From an uncultured Nitrososphaeraceae archaeon (GTDB lineage Archaea; Thermoproteota; Nitrososphaeria; Nitrososphaerales; Nitrososphaeraceae), in assembly GCA_963765895.1 (NCBI GenBank), contig CAVXZB010000019.1:32001-96000 (forward strand): 64,000 bases of DNA, given 5' to 3'. This document shows, one piece after another, positions 25,318 through 39,014 of the stretch. The first letter of the stretch is position 1; each line of letters starts with the position of its first letter. The notes below the pieces were generated by a model, which was not told the DNA's origin, did no database searches, and worked only from the letters and a program-made list of their open reading frames with translations. Position numbers and translations under genes: made by a program.

Positions 25318-25503
25318 CTAATCAGAACCTGATGAGGGTATAACATAAACTATAAGCACGCCATCAAAGCCTATGGGACTTATGGATAATACATCTAAAT
25401 CTTTTATCGCCTCGTTAATCCTAGTATTCCAATCTTCTAGTTTTTCCCACTGAAACGGCTTAGGATATTCTCGTAGTATAACCTTAGTCTTTACCCCTTT
25501 CAT
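25318..25503 (-). CDS. hypothetical microprotein
   Basis: 61 aa ORF, plausible composition. Confidence 0.4.
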   Translation of the reverse strand: MKGVKTKVILREYPKPFQWEKLEDWNTRINEAIKDLDVLSISPIGFDGVLIVYVIPSSGSD

Positions 25504-26465
25504 ATAGATATTAGTTTATTTAGTAACGTGCCTTTAATATATTACCAACAAGAAATGGGTTCTAAATTCGATACGTTTGTCATTGAGTAATTGAATTGAC
25601 CAAGTAAATTACCACTGCAGCCTCCTAACCTCTGGAAATTTTGGTTCAGTGAGCCTATTACAGGAGGAATGGAAGTACCGGAGGTAATTCAGATATGTAT
25701 GAGCTTATCATTCTAGATGCTATTTCGGGATTAAGTGAGGTGCTGAAGCCATTGTATCACAACTCCTATAAACGGAATGTTAACATGCTGATCCATCAGT
25801 CACCCGTTAATCGTATCCTTTACATGAACTGATATAGTTCATCCGTAATAGCGATCATGGAAAGCATAAGATGAGGTGCTGTACAGAGCTGTAAATATAC
25901 CTTCAAGTCGCACGAACTAATTTGGCTCACCACACGCCAGAGTATGCCGGTCTACCTAAATCCATATTTTTATCGGATTAGCTAATACTTGCTCATGCTT
26001 TCGAATCACAAAGAAAAGGTATTGATGTCAGCAATTAATTCTGACTTCGCAACTAATGATGAGCATTATTGATCGTAATCATATATCTCATTCGTCGTAC
26101 AAAGCATCATTCTGTGAAGTGATGATTCGACTAATGGCTGAAAATCTGACTAGAATAGGCCCTTTCCGGAATCTCACACACTAATCACCAAATTGCGGCG
26201 TATGTGCAAAGCATGTCGGATAATCGGTAGCAAGTTAGATCATATAACCATACTAGGCTTATATGCACATTCGTTTAAGATAACTCTGGACAGAGCTAAA
26301 GTAAAATATCGCAGATTTATTCCTGTGCGATGTCCTGTAACGGTACTAAAGTTATAGCTCTAATAATCAGATTATATCAAAAATTAATCAGCTTTAATAT
26401 ACTTAATTTCATTTCATACCGTTGGTAAGATTTGGATCATTTGGACAATGGAGTTTTACCTATAG

Positions 26466-26999
26466 CTAGATATGCCATTCTAATTCATGTTCTTTTCTTT
26501 CTTTAACGTCATCAAAATCTAGGTTACAATAATGACATTTCAGACATGTTACTAACCTAAGAGGATAGTCTATGTTTCTTTGAATGCTCCTAGCTTCTTC
26601 GAATTCCTCTTCAACCATTCTTCTTGAAGATGATTGATAAACAGTATGATAAGTTATTGGTTTATTTTTCTCCAAATATTCTTCTTGTGGCTGATAATGT
26701 AATGCTTCCTTGTACCGCTTAATTAAATGTCTTAGAGTGTAGTTCCAACCTTGCTTAAAATCTCCCACATGATAAGATTCTGCCACAATATGGGTATACC
26801 TTGTATTGGGATCTGTTTTTGCAAGGAATAATAATTCTTCTGGCTTAATGACACCTGCAGAATCAAGTATAGGTAAACAAAGAGCAAATTCTGTTTCATA
26901 TACGTTAGACCAAAGCTGTATTTTTTGGTTTTGCAATTCTTCTTCCTTATTGTCATTAACTTGGAAACCTAATGATTTTCCATCTGTTATCATTGTCAT
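26466..26999 (-). CDS. hypothetical protein with C-terminal C2H2 zinc finger
   Basis: KCHYC...F......HELEWH. Confidence 0.7.
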   Translation of the reverse strand: MTMITDGKSLGFQVNDNKEEELQNQKIQLWSNVYETEFALCLPILDSAGVIKPEELLFLAKTDPNTRYTHIVAESYHVGDFKQGWNYTLRHLIKRYKEALHYQPQEEYLEKNKPITYHTVYQSSSRRMVEEEFEEARSIQRNIDYPLRLVTCLKCHYCNLDFDDVKERKEHELEWHI

Positions 27000-27624
27000 C
27001 TATTATACCTTTATCCCTCTAAAATATCAACAAACGTCGGTAAAGATGAAGCTACAATTGAACCTCCAGCAACGATTATGAATTTTGAGTTATTAGTCAT
27101 CTATCAGTATAGGCATCCTACCTTAATAACCTAATGTTAAACTCGTTATATGCAATACCCATCTGCCAGATTATCTCATTTTATCATTGTTCTCAGGCCA
27201 TGTATCAGAGTCTGCTACTAGCTTCGTATTATTTTTTCTTACATCTTTGTTTGATTTGAAGCTGAAAGCGGGGAAGATTTATTCTGCCTTTTTCTGCAGA
27301 TTCACAATCAATCTTTAACCACTTGGCCTTCCAAATTCCCATGCTGAGAAGAATTTTGGGTGTGACCTCAATTATAACACGAACCTTGTAATTTCTCATT
27401 TTTACAGCCAATAACTGCCTCACAAATCTGAAATGTACTGTTTTACCTCATCCACGCACCTTCATCTTCTAATCCTTGTACGTTTTCATATTCTCTATCA
27501 GAACTAATTGCATCAGTCAATATTGGTTGTGACTAGAATATATTCATATAGACATATCTTTGAACGAGGCCAAACAGAAATCCAGATACTGTACAAATTA
27601 TGTATTGTTCGTTAGAATATGCAA

Positions 27625-27840
27625 TTATTCAAGCGCCATAAATTCTTGATTTTGTACAGTTTTACTCCGGGTACTGGGGACTCCCAGCCTTTCTGTAGTC
27701 ATTCTTTGAAATGTATATGTGATTCTGTGGTCAATTTTCAAATGGCTCAGAAAAGCCATCCCATCATTAACTATATCTTTAACTATTAATCCTCGTCCAC
27801 AAATACTACACTTAATAACGTGTTCATCCTTATCTACCAT
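27625..27840 (-). CDS. C2H2 zinc-finger microprotein
   Basis: CSIC...FLSHLKIDH. Confidence 0.6.
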   Translation of the reverse strand: MVDKDEHVIKCSICGRGLIVKDIVNDGMAFLSHLKIDHRITYTFQRMTTERLGVPSTRSKTVQNQEFMALE

Positions 27841-27916
27841 ATTATAACCATAGACGGCAAACTATTTGTATAGTACTCTGCAATTGGTTGGCTTTTTACC
27901 TATAAGATAAGAACTA

Positions 27917-28210
27917 TTATTGTAATTTGATTATCTCGTCCCAAGTCCCAGTTATCGACAACATATAATATTTACCTGTATTACCAGATTCAAATTGTAT
28001 GATATCTCCTGACAATATTTGAATTCGAAATAATCTGTTTAAGAACTGCAAGAAGCTAGGCCCTGCCACAATGCTTTTTGCTTCTTTTTCAAGGGGTTTA
28101 CTGTAGTACTTTAGCAGTGCGTCACTTAATCCCAAACGACTTATTTCTTCAGCCAAATCAGACTGATCAATAAAAGTCGAATTTCTCTTGTAAACTCGAA
28201 GCGTTGCCAT
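27917..28210 (-). CDS. hypothetical protein
   Basis: 97 aa ORF with upstream TATA-like element. Confidence 0.55.
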   Translation of the reverse strand: MATLRVYKRNSTFIDQSDLAEEISRLGLSDALLKYYSKPLEKEAKSIVAGPSFLQFLNRLFRIQILSGDIIQFESGNTGKYYMLSITGTWDEIIKLQ

Positions 28211-28579
28211 TACGGTGTATTTGTCTGTTCATTCTCATTTATAATCTTATTTGGGTCAATATGGTAAAGTACCGTACTAACCTGTAATAACAATAACATG
28301 GATAATATTTATGTTATCAGAGGAAATACCTGTAGAAATAACAACAAATTTTGGTCTAGTTAATGCGTACGAACTGACCAGAAATATTTAACTGGTATTT
28401 GTAAAAAAATAGAATTTTCAGAAAGATATCCTAGCATGAGGGCTAAGAGATAAAAGGAAGGGGTTTTTGGGAAAAGTGACTAAGACAAATTGAGATGTAG
28501 CAGGCGGCATCCAGAACCTTGGGAAGAGTACACTTATATCTGTATAAGTATATTATATGAATATGCGTGGTAATAACTT

Positions 28580-28912
28580 TTGATTCAGAATAGTTTTCCA
28601 ATGATGGAGTGGCATGTGAAACATTTGGAAAAGGTAGTTTTGAAATTTGTAACAGGACTAGCAGAAAATGCAACCTCTTGGGAAAAAAGAATGAATAAAC
28701 GTTATGGTAGAATAAATAATGTTGCTAGACAAATAAACTATGACATAAAACAAGGTGCTACTTATGATCAAGTTCTCTTGCTTTTACAAAGAATCCGGAA
28801 TGATTCCTCCTTTTCTAGTCTTCGAGATAATAATGGTTCTTTAGAAAGATTAGGTGAGTTAGAGAAACACTTTCAGCAGCAACCCCTAGAGAGAACGAAG
28901 TGGTGGTATTAA
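28580..28912 (+). CDS. hypothetical protein
   Basis: 110 aa ORF; true start may be ATG ~28602. Confidence 0.55.
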   Translation: MIQNSFPMMEWHVKHLEKVVLKFVTGLAENATSWEKRMNKRYGRINNVARQINYDIKQGATYDQVLLLLQRIRNDSSFSSLRDNNGSLERLGELEKHFQQQPLERTKWWY

Positions 28913-29179
28913 TCTCTTGGCCTCCACATGAGAGATAAATCTTTAGGGATAGGATTATAGATTAAATTGATGGCAATAGAAGAGGCCCTGATACTTATCA
29001 TATTACCATATATTGAATCATAATCAAGTAGTTGGTTAATTGGCTTTAAATTGTAAATTGTACCAATTGTGAATATTTCGATCGAAAAATTATTGTTAAG
29101 TTAACAGGACCTTTAATACGGTGATTACATTTATATATAGATAAGTATTACATACTTATGTGGATGATGGATAAATAAA

Positions 29180-29356
29180 ATGCCAATGCTTATGTTAAAA
29201 TGCAAAACTTGTGGTGAAGTATTTCCGGGGTTATACGTTCCTGAACGAAGTACTGATGATTTTAAGTCAACTTCTACGAATGCAAATCCTTCACATACGT
29301 GCTCAAGAAAACACACAAATGAATACGATACGATAGATTATATGGACTGGTCTTGA
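29180..29356 (+). CDS. zinc-ribbon microprotein (58 aa, not in ORF track)
   Basis: MPMLMLKCKTCGEVF...HTCSRKHTNEY; directly upstream of hflX. Confidence 0.6.
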   Translation: MPMLMLKCKTCGEVFPGLYVPERSTDDFKSTSTNANPSHTCSRKHTNEYDTIDYMDWS

Positions 29357-29363
29357 GCGCAAT

Positions 29364-30562
<1,199 letters not shown>

Positions 30563-31056
30563 CTAATCGCCATATGATCCGATGCCATCCCATCAATTCA
30601 ACATTAAGATAGTTTTGGATTTCATAACGATACACTTATATCAACATCAGTATATAATACAGATATGTCTATAAATCATGTATCTAAGGATTGGAGATTG
30701 CTCCACAGCGATTATCCGCTAAAGGAGATTATTTTATGAATACCAAGGTAATGAACAAGGAAAATGATTATGGGAACATGAAGTTAGTTGTAAAATTACA
30801 TGATATATGAAAGGATGTAAAGTTTTACGTATCATAATGAAAAAAGCCAACCAAGAAATCACAGTCAATAACAAGGTTTGACTCTGCAGTGCTTGTCAAG
30901 ACAAAACAAAAAATTGGGTCTTATTGTAGGGATCACCAATATTATGTTACTGCAATGCTTGATATGCTATTGAAGATCATGAGAAGGTGTTGAAATAATA
31001 ATAATAATAAGATTGGATTGGTTTATGAAGAGTAGTAAGGCAGAATAATAATAATA

Positions 31057-31194
31057 ATGTCAAAACAGAATAGGAAAATAGGCTCGATGACATTTGAATA
31101 TACCGTAAAAAAATGTGGTACTTCATCGCATGTTATTCTTCCTGCTTCAATGGTAGGAAAGAGAGTCAAGATAACAGTTGAAACATGTGATTAG
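31057..31194 (+). CDS. DUF2080 / AbrB-like microprotein
   Basis: VKKCGTSSHVILPASMVGKRVKITV. Confidence 0.65.
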   Translation: MSKQNRKIGSMTFEYTVKKCGTSSHVILPASMVGKRVKITVETCD

Positions 31195-31522
31195 TAATAC
31201 CTTCTTATCAAATAGTAGTAAATTAAAGCCTAGATGTAGTACTTTATATGCAAAGACTTCCAACAACATCAATCATAAGCTTTCGTAAGTAGTTGATTTT
31301 CCTAGAACAGATCCCCAAGTATAGACACTATTCAAGATATCGGAAATATCTAAAGAGCCACCACTAAGGAATAGAAATCAACTAATAGGTACGAACAATT
31401 GATATAGCATGATTGTATATAATGTGTTGTTGGCACACACAGATCCATTATTTTGTTATCGATATTTAATTGTGAATGTATATTGTCCCCAAACTAACCC
31501 ATGGAGGATGTTCTTAAAATAG

Positions 31523-31906
31523 ATGACACTCTGCGAAAGATGTAAGAAAAATGAAGAATACCATAATTGTTCTACTTGTGGCCAACATCTGTGCATAAGC
31601 TGTTTTAATACAGTTCATTTTGGTATAAATGCTGCGAGATCTGGTAAATCAATGGTATACAACAAATGTATCTTTTGTTGTGAAGTTTATGCAACCAATG
31701 CAAAAAGTAGCGTTTGCGATAAATGCACTATTATACTAGCTTGGAAGTCAGGGATGGATTGTCTTGCTGCAGTAAACCGGCTCTCTGATTTATTAAGAAC
31801 AAACAAACTGGATTCTAATTTCAAAAATGAAAATTATTGCAAAGAACGATTCGGCATGCATGCCACCCAAGTTATAATGGATGCAATCGATTCCTCAAGG
31901 AGATGA
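31523..31906 (+). CDS. Cys-rich (B-box-like) zinc-binding protein
   Basis: CERC, CSTC, CISC...H, CIFC, CDKC. Confidence 0.65.
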   Translation: MTLCERCKKNEEYHNCSTCGQHLCISCFNTVHFGINAARSGKSMVYNKCIFCCEVYATNAKSSVCDKCTIILAWKSGMDCLAAVNRLSDLLRTNKLDSNFKNENYCKERFGMHATQVIMDAIDSSRR

Positions 31907-32179
31907 TAAAAATCAATCCCAGTCATTGCGATGCAGAAGGACTTTCAGATAGGATAAGCGATAGAAGTGTGTTATTCCTTTTGTATCACGTGAGTCTATC
32001 TATCATTATGTATTTTGATAAGGTTACATCCTTAACTTGATAATTCATGTAATTTTACTCCTTGTTTCATTACTAGCTACTGTATAGTGTGTTGTGTTGT
32101 ATTGCGTCTCAACGCTTATCTATTACGAATATTATTATTTATCCACTATGGATAGAAAGCATATGGTAGAGGTAGGGGC

Positions 32180-33151
32180 ATGGTAGACATTATTTATGGC
32201 CGTGGCATAACTGACATTATTCATGAATTACCATATCATGTTAGTTTATTCAAAAAATATGTTTCAATTAGATTGTTTAAGGCAAAACCGGCTATTTACG
32301 GCTCGGTAGACGTTAACAATGTCTGTAATTTACATTGTAGTCATTGCTACTGGTGGTTGAATAGAAAAAATGATTCAGAAGACCTAAGCGCACAGGATTG
32401 GAGAATAATAATTAAAAATACATTTAAAAAACAACAAATATTTGTCGTTACACTGGTGGGAGGCGAGCCAACTATGCGTCCAGATATTATAGAGGCTTTC
32501 TGCGAGGAAATGCCAAGAAGAATATGTGTTGTAACAAATGGAACATTCCCTCTAAGACGATTTGAAAAATTATATTTCTACTGGATTTCCCTAGATGGTA
32601 CCGAAGAGATCCACGATAAAATTAGAGGAAAGGGATCTTATTCAACAACCAAACAAAATATCCTAAACTATATTTCATCAGGCCCAGAGCGTAATGGTAA
32701 GCCGCTATGGAAAGACATTTGGATCACTATGACTATTAATACCCTAAATTATTCTAGTGTTGAAGACCTAGTAAATGAGTGGAGTGGTAAGATAAACAAG
32801 ATAGGCTTCCAGTTCCATACACCCTTCATAAAGGGAGATCCATTGTGGTTGCCATTTGGAGAGATTCGAAATCATGTGGTAGATAAGCTTATTGATTTGA
32901 GGAAAAAATATCCATCATTTGTTATCAATGGAGAGAAACAATTAAGGTTAATGAAAGGCAATTGGGGAGGGCGTGGTACAACACCAGTAGATTGTCCTTC
33001 CTGGGCTATACTTTCATTGGATCATATGGGAAGGATAAAGCAGCCATGTTGTATAGGAAGTGCTGACAACAAGGGATTGAAACCTATATGCGAGCAGTGT
33101 GGCCTTGGCTGTTATTCTATATTTGTTGCACAAGGGATCAAGGGGGCATGA
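32180..33151 (+). CDS. radical SAM protein with Cys-rich C-terminal extension
   Basis: CNLHCSHC, GGEP, VTNG, ISLDG...HDKIRG; C-terminal C..PCC..CEQCGLGC. Confidence 0.92.
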   Translation: MVDIIYGRGITDIIHELPYHVSLFKKYVSIRLFKAKPAIYGSVDVNNVCNLHCSHCYWWLNRKNDSEDLSAQDWRIIIKNTFKKQQIFVVTLVGGEPTMRPDIIEAFCEEMPRRICVVTNGTFPLRRFEKLYFYWISLDGTEEIHDKIRGKGSYSTTKQNILNYISSGPERNGKPLWKDIWITMTINTLNYSSVEDLVNEWSGKINKIGFQFHTPFIKGDPLWLPFGEIRNHVVDKLIDLRKKYPSFVINGEKQLRLMKGNWGGRGTTPVDCPSWAILSLDHMGRIKQPCCIGSADNKGLKPICEQCGLGCYSIFVAQGIKGA

Positions 33152-33209
33152 GAAAATCTAGTCCGGGCTCATCTGGGTATATCTGTATGAAACATACTAT
33201 AGTACCAAA

Positions 33210-33680
33210 GCTGATAATGGGCAACAAGAGATAAAGCAGCGAAATATAGAGCTTTGGTCTAACGTATATGAAACAGAATTTGCTCTTTGTTTACCTATAC
33301 TTGTTTACCTGTACTGATTCTGCAGGTGTCATTAAGCCAGAAGAATTATTATTCCTTGCCAGAACAGAGCGTAATACAAGTGTACCTGCGTGACTGTCAA
33401 ATCCGATTAACTTGATGATTTAAGAAGGGTTGGAACTAACTCTAGGACATTTCATCGAATGATATTAAGATGCATTTCAACAGTTACCAGACGGCGTTTA
33501 GAAAAAATGTCGCTTATACAATATCACTTTTTATCAATCCGCTTCAAAAATTCTTTTCAATGAGACAATGATAATGAACCAGACCAATTACAATCAAGGA
33601 ACGAAAATAGGCAATTATGACTTGAGTTTTGAAGATGTTAGAGAGAAAAGGCCATGGGCAGAAGTGACATCATTTGGGAC
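33210..33680 (+). pseudogene. degenerate paralog of 26466..26999
   Basis: ~33250-33359 is near-identical to the reverse complement of ~26821-26917; flanks diverged with stops. Confidence 0.75.
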
Positions 33681-33949
33681 ATTATAACCAGCTACATGCT
33701 AGAATAATAATAGCGCCGTTCTAAAGAAATAAAAGATAGTGTAGGCACACAATATTAGTTTAAACGCACTGTGCACATTTTTGTTTTCTGTTCTTAGCTA
33801 TCGTAAAAATGCATCAATAATACAATGGTTCCTAAAATCTTTCCATTCGTTGATTCAATGGTCTGCATTGATATTCATGGTACATTAGAAATGCCATGAT
33901 ACTTGTACGACTATTGATCTTGTCGTATGTATGCATTTCATATTCTTTC

Positions 33950-35181
33950 CTATTTAACTGATGAAGCAGCAATCACAGGAGCAGTCTTCATTTTTACAAT
34001 CTGACTGTATAACTGACCATGCTGGGAAGCAATATTTTGCCAACTAAGTTCCGGCCTAAATTCGTCAACTGCTCTTTTGTATAGGATGTAGTCCTTGTCC
34101 AGATCTGCTAATGCCTTCGAAAAAGCCTCAGGATTGCGTTTTACAGTTATACCTAATCCTTTCCTGGCATATTCAATAAAAAAATCCAAGTTAGTTGCAA
34201 CGAATGGGAGGCCATGTGCCATGGCGTCAAACATTACCCCTGAACCGGAGCTGACCTTGTATGGAAGGATTACTGCATCAGCCGATGAAAATAGTAGTGA
34301 TAGTTCTTCTTCAGAAAGGAAATCCTTCTGCAAATCGATTATCCCATCTTTAGCAAGGTTCTTGCCACATCTTTCTATACCAAGATTGTTTGTTGAGGAG
34401 TTCACTACTATTGTCCATCCTGAAGGGACGTTCATTTTTTCTAATATATCCCATCCCTTGGTAACAGTAACAAAGCCTAATGCAAGTGCAATCCTATTTT
34501 CTTGTGGAAGATTAAAGACCTTTCTTGCTTCCATCTTTCCTTTCCCCAATGTCGAATTAGATTCTGCACCGTGGAGTATCACTTGTCCTCCTCCGATCAT
34601 CTTGGACATGTAATCAGAGAATACTATACTTGCTCACTTTTAGCGACCTTCTTCTTATTCAGATTATGAAAGGAATTATAATTAATTATCCTCTTCCAAT
34701 ATCTAATAATCGTACTATTTGAGTACTTTTTCAAAATGCTCAGTTTCGATGGAAGTTTCAAAGGAACAACCAAATTTAACCACTGTCTAATTGTATATGC
34801 AGAATGGAATGTGGTTACAATCGGTACTTTGCAACGATCATAAAGAGAATCTATGTTCGTACAAGTTTTTCGAGGATTTAACCCAGCTAACACTAATCCA
34901 TACATGCCCTGCTCATACTGAAGGTGGACTATATCAGGTCTGATTTTATCTACAAGTTGTAGTATGACATGGGAATCGTCAGTGTTAGATGGGGAAAGTC
35001 CAGAGAAATTGCCAGTATTACCTAATCTATTGCAAACAACTTGTACATCAAACCCTATTTTGCGTAGGGCAGTGGTCAGATTATGGGTATATCGTCCAAC
35101 CCCACCCTGCATAGGGGGATATTCTGTGCATACCATTAAAATGCGAGGAATTACGGTAGACCGTTCAAAATTTGTATTCAC
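33950..35181 (-). CDS. glycosyltransferase family 4 (frameshift ~34620)
   Basis: EYPPMQGGVGRY, PDIVHLQYE, ADAVILPY..SSGSGVMFDAMAHGLPFVAT. Confidence 0.88.
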
Positions 35182-35272
35182 ATATTAAGAAATATATATA
35201 TCTTAATATAAGTCTATTCATATATCTATTACAATGGTTAAATACATTCTCAGATCATTATGTGATAGGTAA

Positions 35273-35437
35273 ATGCCTACAAAACACACAGTTACGATTA
35301 CAGCAATGGGGTCTAGCTCGATAATAGTTCTGCCGAAGCCTGTAGTAGATGGCTTTAATTTGGCAAAGGGCAGCAGGCTAGAAATGATAGTGAAAGACGA
35401 TGGAATCTACATTCCTCTTGGAAGAACAATAGGTTAG
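35273..35437 (+). CDS. AbrB/MazE/SpoVT DNA-binding microprotein (not in ORF track)
   Basis: ITAMGSSSIIVLPKPVVDGFNLAKGSRLEMIV. Confidence 0.75.
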   Translation: MPTKHTVTITAMGSSSIIVLPKPVVDGFNLAKGSRLEMIVKDDGIYIPLGRTIG

Positions 35438-36512
35438 GATGCTAAGTCCATTAACTAAGGGTAAGGGCAAAACGTAAGCTACATTGAATTAACCGATTCA
35501 ATTTGTTATCTTCTATCTGGTAGTCTCAGATTGAGCTTTCGAATGTCAGCCATATCCTTCTGCTATATCGACGGCAGATACGAGAAAGCCTAGGCTCTCT
35601 TTTACGAAATCTTATTACTACCAGAAAATCTCCGAATGCTTCTATTTGTAATTGTAATAGTTCATTTTCGAGTCTATAGTGCTTCGTAATGTCCTTATGG
35701 TTCTTGCTGACAATTGAATCTCCAACAACAATGTATTTACAGAATGCATCAAAAGCTTTGTAATGAGCCTTAAAAATATTAATAAATGCAGTATCGCCGA
35801 ACACTTGCTTGTCAAAGTTTTCTTTTCGTAGAATGACCTTCGTGTATTTTCTATCGTCAATCAATCAATGTGATTCCCGTCTTAACATTTGACTCCAGTA
35901 TCGGTAGTCATAATCTTGAGTTCAGATAATGAAGGATATTTACTTTTATCCCAGTTTCCAAAAGATAGTAATACCGAGACATTCCACGCCCTCTAGCTCT
36001 AATAATAGTCAACTTTATAAGAAATCAAAACCTTATCCCTTTGTCTAACGATAGCCAATAATTTACAGTTTGCTGGAAAACTAGTGAATGATTAATCGAT
36101 CTCGGCCAGCATATAGGTCCTATCTGTAGTAAGGTTTCAAATCATATTGGGATCTTTTTGTTTGTTCGCAAAAAAAGACCTCGCCATGTTCTTAACATCC
36201 ATCATGCATTATGACCTCGAACTCTGAATGAGAATCATTGCCGGCTTTCCAACATCGGTTAGTTATAATACATAAATCAAGTACAATGGGCCATAACTAT
36301 CACCAGTAATGGCTATGTCTAGCGACGTGGTCCAAGTTTCTCATTTGAACTAGTTATCGTGCTGAAATAAAATTTCTACTTTAGAAGTGCTTTTGATACG
36401 AAAATCACCGGCCAATTAGTAATCACTATGGCAGTACCTGTAGTATTCCACCCAATCCTGACCAACGACTGCATTGCGTTTGTATGGTGATTGCCATTAT
36501 TCACATTATCTT

Positions 36513-36558
36513 TGGGACCCCAAAACCATGTCAAATTTGATTCGCATCCCATCCGGCC
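36513..36558 (+). repeat. dispersed motif, copy C
   Basis: TGGGACCC-N9-GTCAAATTTGATTCGCA.CCC...CGGCC. Confidence 0.55.
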
Positions 36559-37728
36559 AGATCAGGTTCAAATTAGAACATTGTATAATGTAAAATGGCT
36601 CTCATTTGATCCGGATTTTTATTTGAATGGAAAGGCTATAAAACTTGATTATACTTTACTATTGCAAGAACCCATTTTTAGTACCGATATTTTCCAAACC
36701 CCTCTGACTCAATCAATCTTTACACTTCATTAGGGCCAGAATTCATACGTCATCTGAGATAATATCATTTGGTTCTGATTGAGGAATTCCTACAGCAAAA
36801 TGACGACTCTATGTTAACCTTTATTGTTGCTGTAAGGCCGCCCTAAACCAAAAGGCAGCGGCCATAAAGGCTCAAAGTATTCTTATTTTTTAAATCTAGA
36901 AGAGTCCTCGACGATTGCCCAAGTGACTTAAGCAGTCTCTTATTAAAGCAAAACAAAATAGTCCATCGGCACAAGACAGTTATTTCGATTCATTATTTCC
37001 AACTCAAAAAATTAGGCAAGGTGAGATATTAGAATGGACTTTCCAAATTAGTATACAGCAGCGAAATTGGTTTATGAAATAAACGATTTACCATTAAACT
37101 TGATCAAATTAAGACGCGGAATGCCGAGTGCAAAACAAACAGTAAACGATCGAGCCCCAACAATTTCGAGAAAATCTGCTAAGTGTGGAATATGATTAAA
37201 ATGATAGTTGCTAGTGATTCAGTTGGAAATCGGCATTGCTAAATTTGTGGATATATTCATGGAAGCAAGGAAGATTATAGAGTTTACGATTATTATTGCC
37301 TGCAGCACAAACACTGGCTATCTGTACCAAAACCAGCATATTACATATGGCTTTGCCAAGCGTTTTATCTCAGCATGTAAAGACTGTAGTAAACAACAAT
37401 TTGAACGACTTGAAGTTAATCCAAGAGTTGTCACTATTTCCACGGAGGTTATTGCTTTTGAATCAATCTGCAAAGCTATCAAAAGGTCGAGTAATAACAT
37501 GCTATTAATTACGATGAAGTAGTTAGGAAAGCGTATCAAAACCTTGTGGTCGTCGACTTACAGAATAATTAACGATTTTCGAGTATCGGTTCGTATGATT
37601 CGATCATAATCAAGATAATCTACTGAGATAAGTGCGATCCCGATGTATTAACACCAAACGAACTTATGGAACGACTTATCACATAAAGCAAAACATATAG
37701 ATAATAAAAAAAACTGAATACTATAATA

Positions 37729-38253
37729 ATGCGAATAACAACAGATATGGCAAAAGCAATCAATGATCAAATTTCTTATGAAGCGTCCTCTGCAAATGCA
37801 TATATTGCAATCGGATCATGGTGTGAGAGAATAGGATACGACGGGAGTGCCGCCTTCTTCTTTGAACAAGCTGTAGAAGAAAATGGACATATGTTAAAGT
37901 TTATCCACTATCTTAATAGTGTTGAAGCAGAGGCAATGATTCCAGCAATTGAAAAACCTCCAAGTAATTTCGACTCCCTGGAATCTACTTTTCAATTTGG
38001 TCTAAATAGCGAGAAAACCGTAACCAAGTCCATTTATGATCTAGTTGACATGACTGAAAAGGAAAAAGATCGCTCTACCTACTTATTCTTGCAGTGGTTT
38101 ATAAGTGAACAAATAGAAGAGGAAACATTGTTTCACACGATTCTCCAAAAGTTTGATTTACTCGGAAGAGACAAGCTGGCAGTATATCAAATTGACCAAT
38201 CTCTGGCCTCAGTCAGATCTCAAGTTATGAGCAGGCAGACAGGTCAAAAATAA
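37729..38253 (+). CDS. ftnA: ferritin
   Basis: INDQISYE, QAVEENGH, EKTVT, FLQWFISEQIEEE ferroxidase motifs. Confidence 0.93.
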   Translation: MRITTDMAKAINDQISYEASSANAYIAIGSWCERIGYDGSAAFFFEQAVEENGHMLKFIHYLNSVEAEAMIPAIEKPPSNFDSLESTFQFGLNSEKTVTKSIYDLVDMTEKEKDRSTYLFLQWFISEQIEEETLFHTILQKFDLLGRDKLAVYQIDQSLASVRSQVMSRQTGQK

Positions 38254-38609
38254 CCTTCTATTAAACAGAAGGAATCTCATCTTTTATATTTATGAACAGT
38301 CTTAATATTTGAAAGGTATGTATTAATACCTCCAGCTTTAGTCAGTTAAGTTAGATTCACCATGCTAAAATTTTCTTCCGACAGTCTGACGAAGAACGGC
38401 TAGCAAATACTCTAGTCTCGAAGTTATGAAAGTGTAATATTCCTCTTGCTCATCAGCATACTAGCAGTTTTGCTCCTGTAACCAGTACATCTCCTGCCGC
38501 TTTCTCTTTACTTCACTATGACCCTTCCTACCATCCATGTATGTAACCCACATACATAGTTGTATGTACCAACATTTTGGAAAGTTACAGCAAAAGTGCT
38601 AGAAGTACC

Positions 38610-38961
38610 ATGAAAAAATAAATCTAGTAGGTCAATAACGGAACTAACCCTAGTCATCGCCGCCGCAACTGTAATTATACTTGGTGCTTCGAATGGTCAT
38701 GCGTCATTTGCTCAAGCAAATCCAAACAATTCAGCAGGTGTTGCAAAGAATATTGATGCAGGTATTTCTGCAATTAAAAATGGAGACAATAATGCAGCAA
38801 AGAAATCGTTACTACAAGCAGAGTCAGCCTTAGAAGGCAATGCCAAATTATCAGCTGCTGAAAAACATGTCGAATCATCACTTCAGGCCTTGAAAGATGG
38901 AGATACCAATGGAGCAATCAATCATGCTCAAGAAGCAAAGAGTGGCCTGAGCTCAGTTTAA
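38610..38961 (+). CDS. secreted small helical protein (homopolymer frameshift after ATG)
   Basis: signal peptide ending ASFA; two internal repeats (AIKNGDNNAA / ALKDGDTNGA). Confidence 0.6.
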
Positions 38962-39014
38962 TGTGATGGTCACTTTTTTGTTTGTTTGATAGTAATAGTG
39001 AATAAAAAAGAGGA

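Noticed and set aside
24540-26400. long ORF-poor stretch (similarly 35500-37200) that may be decayed genes
   Set aside because: No recognisable motif could be recovered by eye.
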